Shown here piece after piece: positions 17,418-25,291 of a DNA stretch of 36,447 bases (within the stretch, counting starts at the first letter, position 1; the number at the start of each line of letters is the position of its first letter). The notes below the pieces were generated by a model, which was not told where the DNA came from, did no database searches, and saw only the letters and a list, made by a program, of their open reading frames with translations. The position numbers and the translations under genes are program-made. Source of the DNA: a virus (lineage: Duplodnaviria; Caudoviricetes); IMG/VR virus record IMGVR_UViG_3300016722_000151, positions 1-36,447 of that record. One strand, given 5' to 3'.

Positions 17418-18506
17418 TTATCCCTTGGAAACAATTTTTGCAATAGGAATAGCCTTATGATTAATATAGCTTCTGCTCGCCGCAGTAGATTCACCGCTAT
17501 GTACCAAAGACCAGTTTGCGCCGTTTTTAAGTTCTGCATCTGTAGGCGATAGAGAAGTCTGAGAGGTCTTTTCATAAGAAATACCTTTTGGTGCAAACAC
17601 TTTTCTCTGACGCATATATAACGTATCTTGACCGCCATTAGTTTTAGGATCACGGCTCATTTCAAAAGGAACTTTCGCGCCGATATCTTCATACGAGAAT
17701 GCGCCGTCACCTAATACGTAAGTCGTATATTTCGTATAAGCATCTTGCGCGGGTGCGCCCTCACTTGCCACCACAGCAGGAATTTCTTCAACAGGCATGT
17801 CATCATCAATCACAACGAGTTTCCCGTTCCAGGTACCAAGGTCAAGTTCTCTTGTGATACCTTGCGCATCTGTGTATTTCAAATGTTCTAACAAATTAAG
17901 ATTCTCAATATTGGTTGCTACATCACTATGCATAAATACCATGGTGAACTTTTTCTTGTTAGCACCACAGGCTTTATTCGTAGTGGTATTTAACGTAGTA
18001 GCCGTCATTTTACCTTCACCAGTACCTGTCACATCTGTGGTATGACTTGTGATAAATTCCAAGTTTTTAGCACCAGTCATTGAGAAAATACCATTTAGAA
18101 TCGCAAGTAAGATGTCCTGATCAAGTTCATCCTTGTATTCAGCGATCTGATTCGCAATATCCTGCATGAAATCCACACCACCAGTGATGTCATAACTGAA
18201 ATCACGCTCAATCCAGCCTTTCGCACGACCCACCACAACCACACCTTGCTCAAATGTCTTGGTGGAAGTAGCCGTAATGTCCGTCTGACCATCATAGTTA
18301 ACCGCATCGCCATCAGCAAGACCGCGCATCGCAATTCTCGCATAAGAAGTGCCGTTCTGGTTTGAAAAGACATCTCGAATGTCAGGGTCAGACGCTAACG
18401 CCTTCGACTTTTTTATCTCGTTCATTTTAAGGTTGGGAACTCGTCCAACCAAGTACTTAAACGCCTCCGCGTTAAAACTTTTTGCATCAAATTTTACATT
18501 TGCCAT
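17418..18506 (-). CDS. Major capsid protein
   Basis: 362 aa after the scaffold; NYDGQTDI, MHSDVATN, VVIDDDMP, KAIPIAKI. Confidence 0.88.
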   Translation of the reverse strand: MANVKFDAKSFNAEAFKYLVGRVPNLKMNEIKKSKALASDPDIRDVFSNQNGTSYARIAMRGLADGDAVNYDGQTDITATSTKTFEQGVVVVGRAKGWIERDFSYDITGGVDFMQDIANQIAEYKDELDQDILLAILNGIFSMTGAKNLEFITSHTTDVTGTGEGKMTATTLNTTTNKACGANKKKFTMVFMHSDVATNIENLNLLEHLKYTDAQGITRELDLGTWNGKLVVIDDDMPVEEIPAVVASEGAPAQDAYTKYTTYVLGDGAFSYEDIGAKVPFEMSRDPKTNGGQDTLYMRQRKVFAPKGISYEKTSQTSLSPTDAELKNGANWSLVHSGESTAASRSYINHKAIPIAKIVSKG

Positions 18507-18523
18507 TTAATTTCATCCTTTCA

Positions 18524-19129
18524 TTATTCAAGTTTGGCATCCGGATTTTCAGCCATATAAGCTGCTAATTCATCATAGCCCATTTTAGAAAAATTCACTT
18601 TGCCGTCAGGATCTTCTTTCCCTGTTTCGCCAGGAACAGCACCTTTCATCTTCGGTTTTGATTCTGTTTCAAATAAGAACTTGGAATCTTCGGCACCCTG
18701 AAGCTTTTTAATCTGATCAGTCAATCCTTTTACCGTTCCATCCTCGCCAATCTCGGCATTTTCTAAATTAAGTAATGCTTTGACAGCCTTTTCATTTTTA
18801 GCTTTGGAACTAGTTAGTGCCGCAGACACTGCGGCGTCAAGCTTTAATTGCTTTACCTCAAGAGCATGTGCTTCATCCTTTACCTTGTTGTCCGCCTGCA
18901 AGGCTACAATCTGCTGTTTCAGCGTTTCCACATCACCTGTAGAATTTTTCAAGGTTTCAAGCTGTGTGTCCCTTTCACGAACATCAAGTTCCAACTGCTT
19001 TTTGTCGTTGTTCACTTCATCGAATCGCACTTTGGGAATATACCCTTTTAACTCTTCGGTCGATGCATCCGCGCACTTTTTAGCCGCCTCTTCATCCAGT
19101 CCCAGTTTTACAAAATCTTCTTTTTTCAT
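18524..19129 (-). CDS. Capsid scaffolding protein (Phage_GP20 family); start moved to MKKEDF
   Basis: YIPK.RFDEVN, coiled coil, AKNEKAVKALL, GLTDQI..L....FLF. Confidence 0.88.
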   Translation of the reverse strand: MKKEDFVKLGLDEEAAKKCADASTEELKGYIPKVRFDEVNNDKKQLELDVRERDTQLETLKNSTGDVETLKQQIVALQADNKVKDEAHALEVKQLKLDAAVSAALTSSKAKNEKAVKALLNLENAEIGEDGTVKGLTDQIKKLQGAEDSKFLFETESKPKMKGAVPGETGKEDPDGKVNFSKMGYDELAAYMAENPDAKLE

Positions 19130-19141
19130 ATTGTTATCAAT

Positions 19142-19265
19142 CCTTTCAAATTCATTTTTTACCCGGTTCAGTCCGGTTTTATTTGTCTTGTTCTTTACCG
19201 TCAGCAATACCAAAATGACGATTTTTGAGCGTAAAAAAGCACTTATGAGAAATCATAAGTGCTAA
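19142..19265. repeat. Direct repeat copy 1 (124 bp): terminator plus structured scaffold leader
   Basis: Matches 21825-21949 with 5 substitutions and 1 indel; contains AGCACTTATGA-TTTC-TCATAAGTGCT-TTTTT. Confidence 0.95.
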
Positions 19266-19360
19266 GTTGGTTTAATAATTCAGTTTTATAATGAATATTC
19301 CAGTACAGCTTTACTCAATAATATGCACATTTGCTTCATTAGCAAACATGCGGGATAGAT

Positions 19361-20677
19361 TTACCAAAACAAGCCTTTGTAGCTGTCATATACATCTCTT
19401 TCAAAATACAATGCATCATATACGTTTTTATTAATACCTTGTATATAATTCCATCCCCAATAATCTTCTCCATCATATAAAGCACCATCTGCCTCGTTAA
19501 TATCAACATTTATTTCTGCATTCATCTTGTTATTTGCAAAACGATTCATAGCATCAATCATAAGTTCTACTTGTTTTTTTGTATATTCCTCCAGCTTTTG
19601 TTTATTCTGAGCGGAATATAGGCCATCATCAAGATCAATGCAAATAGACAGATACATAGGACACATTTTAAAAGCATTCGCTGGAGTCATTTTGGAAAAA
19701 CAAATGGTACCCTCTGGTGTTGCTAAATTTTTTATGTATTTTTCTGTCATCGTAACCCGTTCTGCGTTATCTATATCATCTCGATCTATAGTCATGTGGT
19801 CTATAAAGCCAAAAACATAACTTGGTTGTGCTAAAGGGGTGCCGTCTAAGTAAGTATCAAAAAAATTCTTTTCATAATACGCGGCAACATAATCTGCAAC
19901 ATAATATTGAATTTGCTCGGATAAATCGTCTCTGTTATTTAAAATGAACGACTGTAAATTACCATTTCCGTCCGTATATTGAATTGTCCATTCTATATAT
20001 TTGTAGGGCTTTAAATTAATATCACAGCAGTCTTCTGGTATTGCAGTTGTCTCATCCTTAGATATTACCGTCCATTTACTATCAAACATAGCATCTAGCA
20101 ACTTTTTATATTTCACGGTATAATCTTCACTATATTCCCGCAATCCGTTTTGCTTGATGACTGTTTTTAGATCTTGAGAAGTGAATTTTGTGCTGATTGG
20201 AGATGTCGATTCTTCCTCATCTGCCGTAATAGACACTGTTTGTGTTTTATAATCCCACGAAACTTTCGCATCAAAGCCTTCTGCTACAGCTCGTAAAGGC
20301 ACTAGGGTTTGGCTTCCCACTATCTGCGGAGGAACATCTAATGTTATCACTTTATAGTTATTTTGTGCAAATTCCGTATGGTCGACAATCATCTCTTTTT
20401 TGTTAATTTGCATAATGACTTTTGTATAGTTCTTTTGACCGATGATCGTATTTGTGATATTATCCCATTCTATTCTAGTACCTAATGCACTTAAGATTTT
20501 GCGTATAGGAACCATTATCGTATTATCGATCATTTGAGGCTTTACATCAACGGTTATTTGTTCACCATTTAACTCTACGCATATCCCGTCATCTCCCATG
20601 GCTGAAATCGTCATAGAGCTCATCACAAATACCAAAACCATCGCTATACAGACTATTCTCTTACTCGCTTTTTTCAT
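19361..20677 (-). CDS. Moron: secreted stalk-domain (Cu amine oxidase N-terminal) protein with large unknown C-terminal domain
   Basis: Signal peptide, MVPIRKI..LG..EWD and LVPLRAVAE...VSWD; AGGAGG RBS before MKKASK. Confidence 0.85.
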   Translation of the reverse strand: MKKASKRIVCIAMVLVFVMSSMTISAMGDDGICVELNGEQITVDVKPQMIDNTIMVPIRKILSALGTRIEWDNITNTIIGQKNYTKVIMQINKKEMIVDHTEFAQNNYKVITLDVPPQIVGSQTLVPLRAVAEGFDAKVSWDYKTQTVSITADEEESTSPISTKFTSQDLKTVIKQNGLREYSEDYTVKYKKLLDAMFDSKWTVISKDETTAIPEDCCDINLKPYKYIEWTIQYTDGNGNLQSFILNNRDDLSEQIQYYVADYVAAYYEKNFFDTYLDGTPLAQPSYVFGFIDHMTIDRDDIDNAERVTMTEKYIKNLATPEGTICFSKMTPANAFKMCPMYLSICIDLDDGLYSAQNKQKLEEYTKKQVELMIDAMNRFANNKMNAEINVDINEADGALYDGEDYWGWNYIQGINKNVYDALYFERDVYDSYKGLFW

Positions 20678-20710
20678 GATTATTCCTCCTATAATGCTAC
20701 TCACACTTCT

Positions 20711-21760
20711 TTATTTTGAAGTTTCTATGCTTTCAGTGAATGATTTCAGTATATCTTTAAACTCCTGCAAAACAGTTTCATTTGGTGTCGTACTGCTAAA
20801 TTCAAATAATAGTCCGTCATAAACAGTGAAATACGTATAACAATAAGTGCTTCCGCTAATCCCACTCTGGGTCGATTTAATCGTATAAGTATAAAAATTC
20901 AGATTGTTTATCGTTTCTTTGGTAAGATCCTTTTCTATCGTATACGGTACTCCATTGTGTGAAGATCCTATTTCTCCATTAAGTGACCCTTTTGCCATGT
21001 TTTCTAAAGTCTCTTTATTGCTATCCAAAGTGCTTATCTTAACAAATACCACATCAGAACCATCTCCATTTTTAAATAAACGACCCCCGTTTTTTGGAAC
21101 AACTGCATAGTATTCAAATGGATCAGCAATCGTTATTTCCCATTTATCATCAGTAGAAATAAAATATCGAAAACCTAACATACCATCCACAAAAGTATAT
21201 GCCGCATTTGCACTTTGAAAATCCTTTTCCACATTTCCTATAGTTGATGCTGTTGTACTTGTGCTGGTTGTTGCTTCAGTACTCGTTCTCGTACAGTCTT
21301 GTGGTATTGCTTTTGTAGAGTCATCTGTCGTTGTTATGGATACGACTTGCTTTTCACTATCCCAGGAAACTGTTGCATTAAAGCTTTCAGCTACCGCTCT
21401 GACAGGTACTAAAGTTCGGTCGTCAACAATCTGTGGCGGAACATCTAATGTGATAGTTTTATCATTTACCTGCATATCGGTTTTTTTAATTTGCATGACA
21501 ATTTTCATTTCGTCTTTTGTAGCAGTAATCGTTTGAGTTGTTTCATCCCATTCTACTTCAGCGCCTAATGATTCAAAAATTTTACGCATAGGAACCATAG
21601 TCCTACTATGTATCATTTGAGGTGCCACATCAAAGATTAATTGTACTCCATTTAATTGAACTGTTATTTCTTCATCTGCCATAGCTGTAATCGTGATTGA
21701 ACCAATCATAAAGATCAGACTCATGAGTATACAAGATATTTTCTTACACGCTTTTTTCAT
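20711..21760 (-). CDS. Moron: secreted stalk-domain protein, Thr-rich linker, PsbP-like C-terminal domain (tentative)
   Basis: Signal peptide, RTMVPMRKIFE.LGA.VEWD, RTLVPVRAVAE; N-terminal half paralogous to the neighbouring gene. Confidence 0.85.
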   Translation of the reverse strand: MKKACKKISCILMSLIFMIGSITITAMADEEITVQLNGVQLIFDVAPQMIHSRTMVPMRKIFESLGAEVEWDETTQTITATKDEMKIVMQIKKTDMQVNDKTITLDVPPQIVDDRTLVPVRAVAESFNATVSWDSEKQVVSITTTDDSTKAIPQDCTRTSTEATTSTSTTASTIGNVEKDFQSANAAYTFVDGMLGFRYFISTDDKWEITIADPFEYYAVVPKNGGRLFKNGDGSDVVFVKISTLDSNKETLENMAKGSLNGEIGSSHNGVPYTIEKDLTKETINNLNFYTYTIKSTQSGISGSTYCYTYFTVYDGLLFEFSSTTPNETVLQEFKDILKSFTESIETSK

Positions 21761-21787
21761 TGTACATTCCCTCCCCTATTTTATTTT

Positions 21788-21816
21788 ACGTTACCATTTT
21801 ATCCATAAAAAGTCAA
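21788..21816 (-). promoter_or_regulatory. Candidate sigma-A promoter for the two-gene stalk cassette
   Basis: TTGACT-N17-TAACGT with extended TG. Confidence 0.5.
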
Positions 21817-21824
21817 ATTAAAAA

Positions 21825-21949
21825 CCTTTCAAATTCATTTTTTACCCGGTTTAGTCCGGTTTTATTTGTCTTGTTCTTTTCCGTCATCAATACCAAAATG
21901 ACGATTTTTAGGCGTTAAAAAAGCACTTATGAGAAATCATAAGTGCTAA
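21825..21949. repeat. Direct repeat copy 2 (125 bp), also terminates the phosphoesterase moron
   Basis: Near-identical to 19142-19265. Confidence 0.95.
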
Positions 21950-21965
21950 AACAGTTTGAATTTTA

Positions 21966-22633
21966 TTATTTTCTTACTAATTCAATTATAGGCAAATCAG
22001 GTCTGTTGTTTATTCTTATAGGAATAATACTATTTCCTAACCCTCTACTTACTATCATTTCAACATTATTATTAGTATATAACCCCGAGGTATATTGGGG
22101 TAAAAACCCCTGATCTGGTGCAACAATACCTTGATTTAAAAAAGGTAGCCTAAATTGTCCTCCATGCGCATGCCCGCATAACACTAATTTAGGTTTTATG
22201 TAATTTAAATTTGATGAATATGAATTAAATAGCTCAGGTCTATGGGCTAATAAAATCAAAGGTATATCCTTTGCAGTCTGAATATCTTTAAAATTAACAG
22301 GAGTATATTTCTCATCATCCGACAACCCCATTACGGCAATCCTTTTATCATTTTTCGTATAGAATGCTATTGTATCATCCACAACGTCAACATGGCATTG
22401 AGTAAGTATGTAATTCCATTTTTCAACGTTCCCATTCCAGTATTCATGATTACCTGTCACAGCATAGGTTTTCGCAATATCAGATAACCCTTTACACAAC
22501 TTATCTAATCCACATGTTTTCAAATCCGCGCTTCTATCAATTATATCTCCCGTCATTACTATAAAATCATAAAAATAGTGAAACATATAATAGCGCTTAT
22601 CAGGCAAATATATTTACGTTGATGTTTTTTCAT
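21966..22633 (-). pseudogene. YkuE/YaeI-like metallophosphoesterase moron, broken by an internal deletion and frameshift
   Basis: AAGGAGG-ATG at 22633 gives MKKHQRKYICLISAIICFTIFMIL*; a second frame has TGD, GNHE, LAHRP and GHAHGGQ but lacks motif I (DxH). Confidence 0.75.
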
Positions 22634-22701
22634 GTTACCTCCTTATGCGTTCAATTAATCACTTCAAACAATCTACACATAAATAATAAATATATAATCA
22701 A

Positions 22702-22730
22702 ATCATAACATTATTTAAAATTAAATGCAA
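22702..22730 (-). promoter_or_regulatory. Sigma-A promoter of the phosphoesterase moron
   Basis: TTGCAT-N17-TATGAT with extended TG. Confidence 0.65.
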
Positions 22731-22731
22731 T

Positions 22732-23763
22732 TTAGTCAACAAACTTCCCTTTCCACTCCTCATACTTCATATCACTTGGTACAGTATATGTTTTACCGTC
22801 TGCACCTCTCGCAATACGCTGACCATAGTTATCATCAAAATATGGCGCGGTAGTAGAACGGCACCATACGTGAAAAGGCGGAGCTGTTACACCAGGTTCG
22901 TAGTTTTTCATATCGAACACATGACCATCAAGTTCCTGACAAATCTCTGAAGTATGACTATCAAGCGTTGCAACAATTTCATATTTTTCAACGTCCAAAT
23001 CATGAAAGCAATTCTTTTGAGCCACACTACCAAAGTAAGAGCTCTCTGTCATAACAAGACGACCGGCATTGCTTCTTGATACATTCATGCGCGCAGATAC
23101 ATTTTTTATAACCTTATCAGGCGCTTTTCCCAGTATACATGCCTGTGTCATTTGTGTGTGCAGCTCTGAAATAAGCTTTTGTTTACTTCCCCAAATACGC
23201 TCAGAAAAGTTCTTTCCATCAGCCGCCCAAGGCTTTGAAATAATGGTGGAGAGTTTAGTATCATCAATAGTCGCTACCGTTTTTCCAACCCCAATACCTT
23301 TTTGTATTTCAAAAGCGGTGTGATAATAACCGTCCTCGTAAATGTCGCGCATAAGATGGTCCACATCGTCTAATTGGTTGCCGTAAAGCTTTTCAATGGA
23401 CTGTTGCAAATGCAGCTTTAAAGATTCCAGACGTGATATATGATATTTAGCAGAAGCGTTCTCAAGCTCTTTTACCCATTCCTGACTTACCGCGTTTTCT
23501 TTGCCGTATTTGATGTATTCTTTTACATCCCATTTAAGCTCATTTAGCTCTTTGGAAGACAGCATCTTTCGCGCCTCTGCCATGGTAACCTCGTTGTTTT
23601 TTGCAAAACGTTGATACCATGCGGAAATCTTCTCTTCAATTTCCTTTTGTGCCATAGCAAACTCTGTATCAAGGGTAGAAAAATAGGATGCTCCTTGTTT
23701 ATGAAGAGCATCCTCTAATTGAATAAATCGGTTTTTCCAATACTGCGCATCATTCTTTGCCAT
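22732..23763 (-). CDS. Minor capsid/head morphogenesis protein (SPP1 gp7/Mu F family)
   Basis: YWKNR, FSERIW, RLVMTES, ATLD..TS.IC..LDG, PPFHVWCRS. Confidence 0.92.
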   Translation of the reverse strand: MAKNDAQYWKNRFIQLEDALHKQGASYFSTLDTEFAMAQKEIEEKISAWYQRFAKNNEVTMAEARKMLSSKELNELKWDVKEYIKYGKENAVSQEWVKELENASAKYHISRLESLKLHLQQSIEKLYGNQLDDVDHLMRDIYEDGYYHTAFEIQKGIGVGKTVATIDDTKLSTIISKPWAADGKNFSERIWGSKQKLISELHTQMTQACILGKAPDKVIKNVSARMNVSRSNAGRLVMTESSYFGSVAQKNCFHDLDVEKYEIVATLDSHTSEICQELDGHVFDMKNYEPGVTAPPFHVWCRSTTAPYFDDNYGQRIARGADGKTYTVPSDMKYEEWKGKFVD

Positions 23764-25270
23764 CTAAGCCACCGTCCTTGGCATTGTTTGTGGCTTGATT
23801 CAGACTGAGAGTAGGTGAGGCAAAAGCGTTGGCATACATTTCCTCGGTCTCTTTTTTCTTCTGTTCGTCTAGCCTATCCATTTCTTTTTGCGGGTCATCA
23901 ATCCATGGATGGTTCTCAACAATCGTTTCATTTGACAGCAATCCGACCGACTTCTGACAGTTATCAATTGCCTCGGTTTCGTTGATAAGAATGTCGCGGT
24001 TGAATATAACCTCAACGTCTATCCCCTCAAAATCTCCAGAGCCAGCGTTATATAAATACATATTCACAAACCACAGAAGTTCTTCAAAAGACGCTTGAAA
24101 TTCTGTTTCCATATCATTTGCATCAAGGTCAATATCCGAGTACATAGACTGGATATTCATCTGATTAGGATTCCCCGCCATGCGATCATCTTTGGCATCG
24201 TATCCCATGGCATTTTCAATGATAGCCTTTTTGAATATTTCCAGAATAGCTTTGTAGTTTTCGGAATTGACTTCTACTTGAAGCGTTTTCACATCACCCT
24301 CAGAACCGTCGATTGATCTCACTTTAACGGCGCCATAAGTAGCAAGGTTTTTTCTAAACTGCCCCAGGTTTTCACCGTCGTAATTGACAAGCACTAAAAT
24401 CGTGTTTCGCGTGTCCTCTTCCATATTGTTCTGGAAGTTAGAAATAATCATATTTAACCCATCTTGCAAAGTTTTCACTTTTTTAATGAGAGGAATCTCT
24501 TTGCCATTATACTTAAACGGCACTAAGGGAATCTTTGACCAGTTCCACCCTTGCACTTGTCCCTTATTTTCAATTATAAAATAGTACTGAAAAGGAATTT
24601 CGTCTGGGATTAACGTGCCTCCATCTAACGTGAAATAGTAAATGCCGCTGGTGTCATAAACTTCTACCTTTTCGATGATTTTCTCTTCGCTGGCTTCATA
24701 GCTTAACACTTCATAAATACGAATGGCACCATCTAATACGGTGTGCTCTGCATCATGCCAAAGAGGGGTAATTTCATACGCTTTCATGCGTTTAAAAGCA
24801 AGTTCGCCTTGCTCATTATAATAGAGAAACAGCCAGGCTAATCCCTCATTGAGCGCATCTTCGCCAATGTTTTTCAGAAGACGCTGAAACCTTTTATTAA
24901 ACACCTGTTTTAGTATCGCGTTGTAAGCATCATTTTCCGATTTTAAAACAAGAGGCTGCCCGAGCAGATAGTTCTTTTTCTGATCGACCATCTTAGCATA
25001 TTGGTTGTCAACCACTCGATTGTTGGGCAGATTTTTAACTGGTTCTAGTTCGCCATCCGCACTAATCACGGTGCGTTCTCGCGATAAAATGTCATGTCGA
25101 CCGGCATAGTATTTCTCCCCATCAAACATATCATGCCTACGTTTAGATACTTTGAAATTGGTGATTTCTCTTTCTATAAATTCTCTGTCTGTCAGTTTGG
25201 AAGCTGCACCTTCTTCGATGATTTGGTTAAGCCTTACCGTCTCTGACATAAAAGGTAATAAATCAAACAT
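23750..25270 (-). CDS. Portal protein, SPP1 gp6-like
   Basis: YY.G.HDIL, VDQK..YLLG.P, KIPLVPF.YN, LSNET...HPW. Confidence 0.93.
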   Translation of the reverse strand: MFDLLPFMSETVRLNQIIEEGAASKLTDREFIEREITNFKVSKRRHDMFDGEKYYAGRHDILSRERTVISADGELEPVKNLPNNRVVDNQYAKMVDQKKNYLLGQPLVLKSENDAYNAILKQVFNKRFQRLLKNIGEDALNEGLAWLFLYYNEQGELAFKRMKAYEITPLWHDAEHTVLDGAIRIYEVLSYEASEEKIIEKVEVYDTSGIYYFTLDGGTLIPDEIPFQYYFIIENKGQVQGWNWSKIPLVPFKYNGKEIPLIKKVKTLQDGLNMIISNFQNNMEEDTRNTILVLVNYDGENLGQFRKNLATYGAVKVRSIDGSEGDVKTLQVEVNSENYKAILEIFKKAIIENAMGYDAKDDRMAGNPNQMNIQSMYSDIDLDANDMETEFQASFEELLWFVNMYLYNAGSGDFEGIDVEVIFNRDILINETEAIDNCQKSVGLLSNETIVENHPWIDDPQKEMDRLDEQKKKETEEMYANAFASPTLSLNQATNNAKDGGLDGKE

Positions 25271-25291
25271 GCCTTCTTTTCACCCTCTTTC

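Noticed and set aside
17402-17653. Frameshift fusion of capsid to the Ig protein
   Set aside because: The alternative frame stops at 17408 and the Ig gene has its own RBS and ATG
19142-21949. The direct repeat as a CRISPR array or IS ends
   Set aside because: Only two long copies in direct orientation, with no spacers, cas genes or transposase
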